Of a DNA stretch of 64,000 bases, positions 35,434 to 46,900 are shown piece after piece. Both the position numbers and the translations under genes were made by a program. The notes below the pieces were generated by a model. The model did not search any database. It was not told the origin of the DNA and saw nothing but the letters and a program-made list of their open reading frames with translations. Location of the stretch: assembly GCA_002269645.1 (NCBI GenBank), contig NIVC01000543.1:186001-250000 (forward strand). The letters are read 5' to 3'. Each line of letters opens with the position of its first letter. Position 1 is the stretch's first letter. Source of the stretch: Macrostomum lignano (Eukaryota).

Positions 35434-37520
35434 TCACTTCGCCTTTCCCTGACAGAAGCCGAGCTGGCAAGCCTGGCAGCCAGTCTTGTCATGCTGCTGG
35501 CTGGGGTTGCCGGCCCTGCGCCACATCTGCACATGCTTGCTGCCGATGCTCACTCGGTAGAGGGTCTGTCCGATACGCCAGAACACATTGTACAGCACCT
35601 GCGAGTGGAAGGAAGGGTCGGCTTGCCGTCTGCCAATCAATCATCAGATAGGATTTAATTGCGGATGGAGACTGGATTTACATAGCCTGATAATTGCATA
35701 GCCGGATTTACAGAGCCTGATAATTGCATAGCCGGATTTACAGAGCCTGATAATTGCATAGCCGGATTTACAGAGCCTGATAATTGCATAGCCGGATTTA
35801 CAGAGCCTGATAATTGCATAGCCGGATTTACAGAGCCTGATAATTGCATAGCCGGATTTACAGAGCCTGATAATTGCATAGCCGGATTTACAGAGCCTGA
35901 TAATTGCATAGCCGGATTTACAGAGCCTGATAATTGCATACCGTGATGTTGCATAGCGGGATTTACATAACCTGATAAAGTTATGATAAAAGTATTAAGC
36001 CTGCGTAAAAATATTAATTGATTACACCTGCCCCAATTAGGCCAAATGTGGTAACCGACAGCTCAGCCGCAGCTATTGCGCGGCGCATCTGAAGGCTGCG
36101 TACGGCTGTTCAGTCCAAGGACTTGGGGTCGGCACACACACCCTCAATTACCCCAGCTAATGCTGGCACCCATTTTACAGTTGGGTGAACTGAAGAAATG
36201 CAGAGTTGAATGTCTTGCAAATTTTTCCGAGTGGGCAGAGAATCGAACCCTGAGTCCGACGCTCTAACACTAGGCTACAACTTTATGCGTACTAGCTGTA
36301 TCTGTATACTTGCTCAGGAGTCAGCGCAGAGGACAGAGTTGCTTTAGTGGTGGTTTTTGGGACGGTAATATTCACCTGCAACCATCAGTATTGTTGTTGA
36401 CGTTGCAGACATGCTCTAAACCAAAAACGCAACCTGACGAGTTACTGACTCTCTCACCTTCTCGATCTCTTCCGGGTACCACTGCGGCTCCTCGAACACG
36501 GTGCGGTCGCCCTGTCTGTGGCCCCGGGTCTCGTGGCATTGCTGCTTGAACAGCTTAAAGCAGAGATTGTAGCCGGGATGCAGCAGCACCTCACTGTTCT
36601 GCGGATCAACTAGCGGCACCGGACTTTCCACCCGGAACAGGTGAAAGACGATGCGGCCTTTCATGGATGTCCACTCCTTCGGGCATTGCTGAGGGGGATG
36701 GCTGCTAAATGCAATGCCTGCATTGTTTAAAGTAATGTCAAATTGGACAAAGCAGACTGATTTTAATCATATTTTTCCTGCAAATACTACTCAAGAGTTT
36801 TGTCTCATCACAAGGAAAGTATAGTACCGCGGTAACTTCATAGTGGTCCTTGCATACCTTACGATCCGCACATGTAGACCTCCCTCTAACAAGTAGCGAG
36901 AAAATAATGTAAAGAAAATATCTTGAATGCATTAATAGCTTTCGAACTGATAGTTCAAAAGAATTCGATGTCCACGGGTGATTTCATAGATCAGCTGCTT
37001 GTGCTGCTGACGAAGAGTTGGGACCCAGTAACACATCCTAGGCTATTAAAATAAAATCCAGCTTTTAATTTCGTTTCCTCCGCTTCAGAGCAGGATACTC
37101 ACAGAGCAGCGGAAGCGGACCTTGGCGCCGTCATAAAACGAATAGCCCAGCACAGACATCTGCAGCAGCACCGACTGCGGCATCAGCAGCGCGGTCCCTG
37201 GCAGCAGCTGCGGCAGCACCAGCTGCTGCGTGAGCGGCGCCGCCGAGCCCCACATGCTGCCGTACTCACCCGGCGGAGGCAGGCCGCCCGTTAGCAGGCG
37301 AATGCGGCCCTCCGTCTCATCGTCGAGCCGACTCAGACCGGCGTTCGATTCCAGCCAGACCCCGCCCTCTGAAGCGTAGTCGGCCGAGGATTGAAGAACC
37401 GCGCAAAGCTGGTGGCGCAGCCGCTCGAACTGCCCGTCCCAGATGCTGCGGATCTCCTGGCTGCGGCGCAGGAATCGGTAAATAGGCTTTGCGTTTGAGT
37501 TGGAGGATTTTGAGAATGAA
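35434..37520 (-). CDS. 3' exons of a gene of unknown family (37520-37103, 36688-36458, 35598-35434); upstream exons not resolved
   Basis: Three open exons joined by GT-AG introns in matching phase, giving ...GYSFYDGAKVRFRCS|QCPKEWTSMKGRIVFHLF...YPEEIEK|VLYNVFWRIG...GCQACQLGFCQGKAK*. An alternative in-frame donor at 37120 is possible. Confidence 0.65.
35674..35940. repeat. Intronic minisatellite, 30-nt unit, 9 copies
   Basis: ggatttacagagcctgataattgcatagcc. Confidence 0.97.
36037..36281 (-). mobile_element. tRNA-derived SINE, diverged copy of the family at 38152
   Basis: Minus strand tagcctagtgttagagcgtcggact...gggttcgattctc, with body blocks shared with 38152-38424 (ttcagatgcg...aatagctgcggctgagctgt). 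Confidence 0.8.
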
Positions 37521-38151
37521 CTGCATATTAATTTGAACAATCTTTTTCCCACGTAGCTACTGGCGGTAATGTGCGCCGGCCTTTACAATTTTCAAGGACG
37601 AAATTCAATATTATGCAGTGTGTTGAGTATGATTAAAGCTGATCTGATGACGTACTTAAAGCCTTTGGCGGCTCTGAATCCGCATTTGTTGCATTCGATA
37701 TGGCCGCAATTCTATCAGGCCAGACAGCAATGTTACATTGTTACAAAAATCAACTTAAGACGGTCTGCAACAGCAGTCTAAACCATTGTCCAGTGAGGGC
37801 TCGACCTCGAATTCCGATTTACAATGGAACCCATGTATGTATACGAGTCAGCCATGCCAGTTGTGTAAGTCTTTACAGCCGTGCTTTCCCCCACTTTTCA
37901 GTCGCGCCATGCGGTGGGGCTCGAGCTGCCTCCTTCGCTATTTGCATCTGAAATGCACGGGTATTGAGGATTCGCGCAGGACCACCCGCCTGCTGCAGCC
38001 AGCTGGCTTTCGGCCCAAATGCGAGCCCCACAGTTAATTTTCTGCATATGAATTTCAAGCCGTTTTGAGAAAAACAGCTGTTGAGCTGTTGAGAATTTTG
38101 TTCAATTTTACAACTGGGGCTTTGGCAATGCAGTTACGGGGTTCGACTTCG

Positions 38152-38424
38152 AGGGGAGTTTTAGCCTAGTGTTAGAGCGTCGGACTAACAACAGAAAGGC
38201 CGGGGGTTCGATTCTCGACCCACTCGAGACAATGTGTGTCCTTGAGCAAGACACTTAACTCTGCATTGCTTCAGTTCACCCAGCTGTAACTGAGGGTGTG
38301 TGTGGGTGTGGCGACAATCCAAGTTCTTGGACTCAAGACTTCAGATGCGTCGTGAAATAGCTGCGGCTGAGCTGTTGGTTACACATCCGCCTATTATGAC
38401 AGTTACAATCAATTATTATTATTA
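38152..38424 (+). mobile_element. Full-length tRNA-derived SINE, 273 bp, with V-SINE-like central domain, (ATT)n tail and 18-nt TSD
   Basis: A box tagcctagtgttagagcg, B box ggttcgattct, core gtgtccttgagcaagacacttaactc, TSD ttacggggttcgacttcg at 38134-38151 and 38425-38442. Confidence 0.9.
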
Positions 38425-39525
38425 TTACGGGGTTCGACTTCGTCTCAAGGACTACTAGACTAGAAGGACGAAAAACTTGCAACTCGTGCTAAAATAGTTG
38501 AAGGCCGATCATTGAACTTTCTGTATCTCCGAATCGATTGCATGTAGAAGGTTACTTTTTTGGCCACATTGTTCAGATTTTTGTCCCCTACCGAGTACCT
38601 CGTAGTTTAGTTTCCCACTAGATGTAGATGCAAGAAAATCCTGTACAATGGAGACACCCTATATTTTCGGGCGTTTGGTGTTCAGATCTTCAAGTTTAGG
38701 AAGCAATAAATAAAGTAGCCGAAAATCTTTTTGTGAATATGCTCGCAGTTTCCTTGGTGACATGAAGTGACGTTTCTGAAAATATATAGGAGCCATAAGA
38801 TCACAGACAGAACCCGCATACTTTAGCCTATATCCTTTAAAATCTTTCTCAATCACGGAGTTTGGCAATCTTAACCTAGTGTTGATTATTTCGATAGTTA
38901 CTTCGGTGCGGAAACTCCATGCAAGGGAATGTGGCAGTTTGACTTTGAAGAGGAATGCGGTGCTCCAGCAAAATTTTAATCCAAAGCAGATAAAAAGAGT
39001 TCCGAAGGCGGCCTGTGTCGACTTTATTTCTTTCCTTTCCTGGGAATGTCTTGGGAAAAGTAGAAAGCCCCGGTGGGACTCGGGTTGCCAGGGTGTCAAA
39101 AACTGGGTCAAATCGGTACTGAAGGCGGCTCCGGGGCCGGCTTGTCCTCCAACTAGGCTGCGCGCGCCTGCTGGTGGCGGTGCGTCCGCCCAACTACGCC
39201 TCATCAAGGACGACTGACTCCGTGGGCAAGTAGGCGCTTTTTGAATTTTCAGTAAAAATTCAGTGTCTGAGTCACGGGCTGGGAATGCTGAGCTGGCGTC
39301 GGTTTTAAAAGGAGTTGGGAAAACAGTCGGGTGGATTTGTAGCATTCTCCGCTTTGCTCATATTTTACTGTGAAGCTCTATTTTTCCCTGCTCTGCTTAA
39401 TTGCGGCTGGGTATTCGAAGCTGAGCCCTTATGGCGCATGAAAAAACTTGGATAGACTCTAGGTATAATGCCCAGCAAGTGCTGCTGCCCCACCGTAACT
39501 CCAGATTTTGCTAGTTTCATTAGAG

Positions 39526-39815
39526 ACTCACTCAGGATAGAATCCGACTGGCTGCTGGCCTGCCAGATCTACACGCTGTTCTACAACAGAGAATCACTCA
39601 GTATAGAACCCGACTGGCTGCTGGCCTGCCAGATCTAAACGCTGTTCTACAACAGAGACTCACTCAGTATAGAACCCGACTGGCTGCTGGCCTGCCAGAT
39701 CTTCACGCTGTTCTACAACAGAGACTCACTCAGTATAGAACCCGACTGGCTGCTGGCCTGCTAGATCTTCACGCTGTTCTACAACAGAGACTCACTCAGT
39801 ATAGAACCCGACTGG
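39526..39815 (-). repeat. 66-nt tandem repeat containing five copies of an exon-end/GTGAGT donor-like junction
   Basis: Minus-strand unit ccagtcgggttctatactga|gtgagtctctgttgtagaacagcgtgaagatct(a/g)gcaggccagcag; period 66 from 39526 to 39790. Confidence 0.9.
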
Positions 39816-40030
39816 AAGAGTGCCAGTCCCGGTACCACTGCCACCTTCTCTGGTGCTCTTGGCGCCACCGCTGCCGCTGTAGCAGCCGTCGGAAGGAAGC
39901 GCGTCCGTTCGGCTCGCCAGTTGTGTCTGGTGGTGCTGCTGCTGCTGAGGCTGGCTGCAGTCGCCCCACGGCAGCATCCAGGACAGAGCTTGAGCCACCG
40001 GTGGCTGATTCAGTGGCTGCTGCTCTTCAA
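39796..40030 (-). CDS. Candidate internal exon (Gln/Gly/Ser-rich), gene affiliation unknown
   Basis: tttatcttcag acceptor at 40031, 235 nt open (EEQQPLNQPP...GTLPVGFYT), GTGAGT at 39795. No downstream exon could be joined confidently. Confidence 0.4.
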
Positions 40031-41273
40031 CTGAAGATAAAGACGTGATTGAGAGCCGTTCGTGATTCGAAAAGGAAAATATCTGGCCTAAGATTTGAGC
40101 GATAGTTTTGGCTGTCCTCTGCGCTGCCTTTCCTTCGCCAGGATTGAACCCAGCGGGCTATAAAGCCGCATCGAGTGCAGAGAGCGCAGAAACCCACGGC
40201 CAATACGTAAAAATCCTCGATGCCGCAAATTGCGCAGCTCCACCGCCATCGCTCGCATGCAAGGGAGGCAATGATGAAGAATGCCGACGCACAGAGCTCG
40301 ATCCATACAAAAACATATTCGCTGCAGGGGCTGCGGCGCTTTTTGGGAATCGACTTGGAACAAGGCCTCGAGATAGTTTCTATTCTGGTTCGATTTGGGA
40401 TAGCAATGGCTCTGGGCCATGGAGTTTCTACTCACCGAACATGCCAACTGCCCGCTGGTGGTCGCTGCTGAGCCTCTGCAGAATCCACGGCTGCACGAAA
40501 AGCAGAGCCTGCAGCTGCACGAAGCGGAGGCAGGAAGCAGGTGGATTCTGCCTGGAGCGAAGTCTCTCTAAGTTGAGCTGCGCGTTTTATGAGCCTCGGC
40601 TGCAAGTTTAGTCCTTCATGTATCGAAAATATCTCTTTCGTGCGATCAAGAGGTTGAATTAATTTTTCTTGAAGAAACTGAAAGCTTCAGCACGGGCAGA
40701 GCCTGAGGGATAGAGTAATGGTAAAATGGTAAATTTTTGCTGTAAAATTTGTTTCACAGACGCATTTCATTGGGCCCCAACAGAGCCCGCCTCACAGAGG
40801 GACTCTCAGACCCCCTGTCTTGGAACTGGGTTTCCCAGTCCCCCAATTCCAGGTCTGTGCCGAGTCTCTGCTGTTGCCAAAGAGGATGAAAGGCATACAG
40901 CAGGAAGCAATTCAAGGTAGTTTATGCTGGCCGTCCCGCAATCTGGACATGAAGTAAAAAGTGAATTTCATTTAAGTTTGCGAAACTTTAATTTAGTAGC
41001 TGGCCATAACGAACGAAACGAAAGCACGCATTTTGAGCGCATCTAGTTAATGAAGAAACCCGAGGCCAAGTCGTTCTTAGCAAGAAACCATTTGCTTTCT
41101 GCGCAGTTGAAACTTCGTTGTTGCATGTAGCAAGTTGAGAAGAGGCACCTGACGCGTTTAATTAACTCGAGTCTAGTCAAGGGCTAGCATCTCGATCCAC
41201 TGCTGGATTGTGCACAGCCATTGCATACTACTGCCAGTAGAATTCTGCTGAATTCTCGGCTACAATAGTACAT

Positions 41274-41312
41274 TAATACCCATGCTTTGCGGGCGTTAAA
41301 GCATGGGTATTA
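41274..41312. repeat. Perfect 15-bp inverted repeat with 9-nt loop
   Basis: taatacccatgcttt-gcgggcgtt-aaagcatgggtatta. Confidence 0.95.
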
Positions 41313-41321
41313 CTATTATTG

Positions 41322-41454
41322 TGCCATAGACATTTGTGTCCTTGACAAAATGGGACAGAATAATCGGGCGTTAAATGTCATTAACTGCCCACCAATTTGC
41401 ATTAAAGTAAGTTTCGGCTCCTTGTGCAAGCGGGCTCAAATGTAGTCTATGGCA
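41322..41454. mobile_element. 133-bp mini-MITE with TGCCATAGAC termini
   Basis: tgccatagacatttg...caaatgtagtctatggca. Confidence 0.6.
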
Positions 41455-41962
41455 TTAAAAGGCAAGAATAAGTGCCCAGCGGGCACAAAGGTCATGGTAC
41501 AATAAATGAATCACTAGTAATTGCCGCGAAGTTCATTCAAGATTATGTGGCTACATGTATTTCGGTAAGAAAGCTAAGTAGGGCAGTCGTACTGTGTTAA
41601 TTACATGAGCCTGGGCTCTAAAGTTAATGAGCTCTTTGTAAGCTCAGGCTTGCAGGTAAATTACTGTGTATTTACGAAGCGAAAGCAAAGCGGGTTGAAG
41701 TCAATGCCGCTTGCATTTCCCTTTCCCATCTATTAATTAGTGAATTTTTCGAACGGCCCCAAACGGACCGGAAGTGAAGTGAGAGCGTTGACCGGGCGTC
41801 TCAAGTTGTGATTAAAAAGCTCTGACATGCGAGCAGGGTCTATTTGCATAAAAATGACGGGGCTCCATAGGATTGATGCGGATTTTGCAAAGCTTTTAGA
41901 GAAAGGTTGCAAATAGTTGGGCAGAAGGTGATGAAAAATAGTCCAATCGAAGTAAATATGAC

Positions 41963-42971
41963 TCAGCAAGAGCAGGGGCTGTGGTGCTCCTGTGCGCACA
42001 GCACCCGAATGCGGGTGGCCTCCGCTTGCTCGGCCAGCAGCATTCGGTGCTGAACAGCTTCCTGCAGCTTCATCAGCTCGCCTGGAGCAAGCCGTCTACG
42101 TAGCTCGGCCAACAGGCGACGCCGATTGCGGCCCACCGACCCGGCCAGCTGCCGAGCCTCATCAAGTTGCCTTTCCAACTCGCAGGTCCTCTGGCGCAGC
42201 TCCTCCATCTCGGCTGGTAGGGCGGCTGCATCCAGCTGCTGCTGTTGCTGACGTAGGCGACGCCGACGCCTGTCGAGCTGGCACCGCAGGCGAGCCAAGG
42301 GCCCAAGACGACTCAGATATCGATCATAGCTGTCCAGAGCTCCGGTTGCTTGGCAACGCTCCATCACCAGTTGGCGCCAGCTGCCCAGAAGATTGGCTTC
42401 GGCTTGCTCAAGACGAAGCCGTAAGTCGCCCAGGTTTGTCCGCAGCATCTCCAACGACTCGTTGTGCGGCTCCTCTGCATCCTGCGTTGACAACGGCAGC
42501 AGCTCGTCTTCCGCGCCGTCACCGTCAGAATCGCCCCCACCGGCGTCATCGCCCAGCTCGGGTTCGAGGGGCGCCGCGGCCTCGGGCTCTGCCAGCTCTG
42601 GAAAGGGACGTGACAAACTAGCGAAAGGAGAGCTCGGCGACTCTGGAGACTCAGATGAGTCGCTTGATAAAGTCGGGACCGCTCGCAGCTCTGCGTTAAA
42701 CTCAAGGCTCAAGCGAGCGAAGGAGTTGTCCGGCTGTTGCTGCCCATGGGCTTGCGGCTGCACATCAGGCTGTAATAGAGACACAGGCAGAGAGGGCGAG
42801 CTGACAAGGTGCTGGTGGACATGCTTTCGAGAACTTGTGGCTCCTGAGACATCTTGGGCACCTGGAACGAGCCCCGTGGCATTCCGGTCCTGCTTCGGTC
42901 GATGAAATTGTCCTCCAGACTCGCTTCTGGCAAAGCCACTGCGGTTCATGATGTACGAGTCCTGGTGAAAC
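41963..42971 (-). CDS. Terminal exon encoding a divergent Shroom-family SD2/ASD2 coiled-coil domain
   Basis: EANLLGSWRQLVMERCQATGALDSYDRYLSRL...QLDEARQLAGSVGRNRRRLLAELRRRLAPGELMKLQEAVQHRMLLAEQ parallels the ASD2 pattern (AN..LG.EV...V...C....DKF..FIGDL...QHEDAKELKENLDRRER...L...L...F...K..L..EQ). Acceptor ttccacag at 42972 is in frame (phase 2). Confidence 0.7.
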
Positions 42972-44320
42972 CTGTGGAAATTTTGGATGAAAAGGCATCG
43001 TTTTGTGATGATTCATCTATCATGAAAACCATCATGTGAATTATGAGTGAACTGGGACTCATTTTTATCATTCTCATAGGGAACGAAAGTGCAGGAAAAT
43101 CAAGCTTAGCTGCCCTATGCAAAGTTCGAAGCTATTTTTACACTAAACAAGACAGTCAGTGAACACCGCATTTATCTCCATTATATGCGCCCCGGCGACA
43201 TCCGCGAAGAATCAATATTTGCAAAAAAAAGTCTCCCGGGAGCGTCGGCCAGAATTAGCGCCCGTCATTACGCCGCTACCAGCAGATCCCGAGGGAGATA
43301 CTGGGCAGCGCCATGATTGACAGGCGCAGCTGTCACAGGCCTGCCGTCTGGGAAACGCGAATTCCGAGACCGTTTCCCGTCAGACATGGGAGAGCTCGCC
43401 GATAGAGTGCTGCTTGAAACCAGCTTAAATCGGGATGCCAAGAAAATGGGAAGATTTTTGCAAGTCAGTGTTTTTCCTCAATCAGCTTAGTGAAAATATT
43501 CATCGGGCAATGCACAAAAGCCAAGCCAATTCTTGGTACTAAAGAGCTGGAAATGTTTCGTTTCCTAAAATTCACTTAATGCAAAGCAATCGCCACTTGC
43601 GCTTGCAGCATTATCGCTTATTTTTTGTATAGTAAATCGATTATCGTGAGTGCTTCTACCAGACACTCTACTGCCATACCGCCATTGCGATTTTTTATCC
43701 CTTGCGCCTCGTTTCCCCAAGCTCGCGTCTGGCTGCCTTCGTGCTCCGACCGTGGAATCAATCATAATTCGCTCTCTTGCGATAGATAGTCCTGCAGTAT
43801 CCTGAATTCTTCATCATCCTCTTTGGATTAAATTCCATAGAAAATTGAACATTGTGTTTGAGAGCCAGGATTAAACTTAATGAGAGCAAACTTACGCTTT
43901 CATCGCAGCGCCCCAGTTTAAAAACATCCTGGCTCAGATAGTGAAGCTTCTCTGTCTAGCAAATCCTGTATGTCAGGGGATTTTATAAAGACTAAAACTT
44001 TCTGGTGCTGCCACCGGTAAACTGATCAGGCCCGAAAGACGGTAGAATTTTCTTGAACTTTGGCGCACTGTAAAGAGTTTCCTGCTACGGTCGCAACACT
44101 AGCGGCGCCTTCCGATAGGCTGGGAGATTTTCCATTGAGCTCCCGCTGCAGCAGTGTGGCAGCCGCTTCCCAGAAATCAATGACGCAAAATCGGGAGCAA
44201 AGCAGCGGTTCAGGAGCCCGCATTTCTCTTTTGCACCGCCAAAGCAGTTTCGAGAGGCCAGTCACTTGAAATTGAACGGCAGATCTCAAGTGGCATGCAA
44301 CACGGCTTCACAGATAAACT

Positions 44321-44528
44321 TTAAATGCTTGGGAGCTCAAGAGAGAAACGAATCCCAGCCCTAGGGAAAAATATCCCATCGATATGGCTTGAGGACACGT
44401 TTCCCATTAAATCACTGCGCAGATCCCGATTTGGGTATTCGGAGAATTTAGCGACGGTTGAATCTGCACTGGCCAGAAGGTCCTGAGAGCTGCTGCAGTT
44501 TGCTGACTCCGTTGAGCCGCTGGATTTC
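44321..44528 (-). CDS. Candidate alternative terminal exon of the Shroom-like gene
   Basis: gcataagcag acceptor at 44529, phase 2, continues the Pro-rich exon to a TAA at 44323-44321. Confidence 0.35.
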
Positions 44529-44655
44529 CTGCTTATGCGTGTGGCGGATAAATCCACGCTGCTCCGCGCCTCACTTATTCACTTCTATCCATTCAAAATC
44601 CAGCAACCAAACCATTGCAGATTCCCACTCCTGATTCTGACAGCCCAGCACTCAC

Positions 44656-45064
44656 CTAGCGGGCGAATCACGGCGACACCTCCTTGGCGGCAGCTCCGGC
44701 GGCCTGGAAGTAACGATGCTGACGGAGCTGTGCCGGCTGACAGCCTGCGGGTGCTTCTGCTGCGGCTGCAGCCGTCGATGCGCCTGCCGGATCTGCTCGG
44801 CATACGTCGCACGTGGGATAGTCGAATCAATGCCCGCCGTCCTCGGCTCTGGCGGTTCCGGACAGGCGATGGCGGAGGCTGGGACCGAAGTGGAGGCTGC
44901 GGTACCGGCCGACTGTCTCCTACGAGGCGGCGGCGGTGGCGGCGGCGGTGGCGGCATCCTCGGCGGCAAAGGCGGTGACGGCCTTTTGTGGGGTGGCCTG
45001 TGGGGCGGATCAACGGAGGGGATGCCAGTTGACTGCAGCTCGGGACCTCGGAATGCGAAGGAAT
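44656..45064 (-). CDS. Proline-rich exon, probably part of the Shroom-like gene
   Basis: PPHRPPHKRPSPPLPPRMPPPPPPPPPP; GTGAGT donor at 44655 in phase 2, compatible with both 44528 and 42971. The 5' boundary is uncertain. Confidence 0.55.
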
Positions 45065-46218
45065 CTTTAACAAAGTTTAAATTATTGCTCCGGGAAATAT
45101 TTCCCACCATTTTGAGCGCGAAAATGACAGTTCAGCATGCACGAGATTTTGCAGGGACGAGACGGAAGAAATGACCGTCTGATTGGCGGGCAGAAGTTGC
45201 TCTGAGGTTTGCAATACAGGCAGAGCAGAGCAGGGGGCGCTGTGGTTAGGGAGCTCGGTTGGAGAAGACAGGCCCATGGCAACAGCTTGGCAGAGCAGCG
45301 CATAGGAAGCGGGCAATTGATTTCGAACAGCATAAAATATGCATTGCTAATGTGAAGAGTTGAATACAAAAAGTGCGAATGAGGGGCTCGGTTGAAACTG
45401 CAAGCGGCGTGGTGGACCTCGAATGAGGACATTGAATTTGCATTGCGCAGCACAGAAATTCTCGCATGGCTGGTTGTTAATTTGCTGGGCTGGCTGCAGT
45501 GCTGGCTGATCTATTTAATCAAAAACTTGCTAATTGAAGCTTCGCTAACTTTTTAGTCTCCTTGTCTCTGTCATCAGCAATACGGTTAAGGATATGCATT
45601 ATAGATACACAGATTATTGTATCAAACAAAGTTTAATGTCAGAAAAAACAGTACAATCTCTTCAATGTCCTGAGCAAGGCTTGTCTCTTACGAGCGTAGT
45701 TAATCTGTTCATTTCAATATTTTATACATTTTTTCGTCGCTAAACTTATATATATATAGTGTCTTTGCATAACCATTCCGAAAGGTAAAGCCTTCGAAGA
45801 ACATTGAAGTGCGACACGTACGCACAGGAATCGAGCAAAGTGAATACTGAATTTATTATTACCGAAGTCTGCCTGATGCATAAATATGCAGCTAATTATA
45901 TACTGTGTCTAGAGAGCCAAAACCGCCAGTCTATTTTATTACAGCATTCAATTGTCAGGGGTAAAAATATAGCCAGTCATTAGGCCGGGCTGGCCTAATT
46001 CTAGTTATTCGATTTATGAAAAGCCGCACGTCTTTTGAATTTCCATATAAGTTTTATTTTCCATGGAGACTACCTGAATCCCGGAATTTTCACGTGAGCC
46101 CCTTGACCGACGTGGGAAATTTTTCAGGCTCCTTGCCGCAGTTCAAGCAATAGGAAGTTTAAATATTATCTCGGTTCCCTAAAGAAGGCTTCCGTTCGTA
46201 ATCTCTTTGCCCGACTAC

Positions 46219-46900
46219 CTAATCCGGCCTTCCATGCCAGAGGTTCCCCATCGTCCCTCGCACAGACCTGGCAAGGCTGCCCATGCCATCCGGCACAGAC
46301 GGCCGGCGCTGGCAGCGCCGGGCCGCAGTTTCTTCTGATCCGCCTGCAATCGCGGATTGCCGACTGCCGAGGGCGGCGCACATGCTGCCACGTCGCAAAA
46401 TCCGCCGCGAAATTCCTTCTTTCGCCGCAACGACATTATCCTCTGCGAGGCTGCCTGCGTCAGCATCACACGATGAGCTGCTGAGGCTCTCGTAGACGCC
46501 GCCGGATTCCTCGTTGACGGTGGCAAAGCCGGAGTCTCGGTCAGAGGCGCATGCTGCCGACACTGCTGCTGAGTTGGCGAGCTCGCGGATGACTCGGAGA
46601 GCCAAGAAGCCGCCCTGGCTGTCGTCAGCAGCCTCGCGAAGCGTGCAGTGGGTCCGGCGGAAGGGGCCGCCACCCCGGGCCAGCTGCACGCTCAGCTGAC
46701 GAGTAACTCCACGAGTGCCTCCGCCGCTGCCGCGGCCGCTGTTGCTACGTTGGGGGAGTGGAGGCGGCTTTGCCTGCGCCCTCGGCTGTCTGGTGGGTGG
46801 CGTTGACCTGCAGGGGCCGGACATTGTCTGCAACAGCGGCGACGGCTGTTTAACGGTTCCCTTCCGGAGTCTGAAAGAGTCGCCAGAGTTCGCAAAGAGA
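46219..46900 (-). CDS. Candidate upstream Ser/Gly-rich exon of the same gene
   Basis: GC-rich open frame (KPPPLPQRS...SDRDSGFATVNEESGGVYESLSSSS); splice boundaries not resolved. Confidence 0.4.

Noticed and set aside
38152-38225. SINE heads (also 36200-36281 and 50455-50529) as tRNA genes
   Set aside because: No complete cloverleaf or acceptor stem, and they continue into SINE bodies and tails.
38659-40611. ORFs 38659-39345, 38876-39193, 40088-40447 and 40108-40611 as defined genes
   Set aside because: No recognisable motifs, and I could not join them into a consistent stop-free splice model; they may hold exons of the 35.4-37.5 kb gene.
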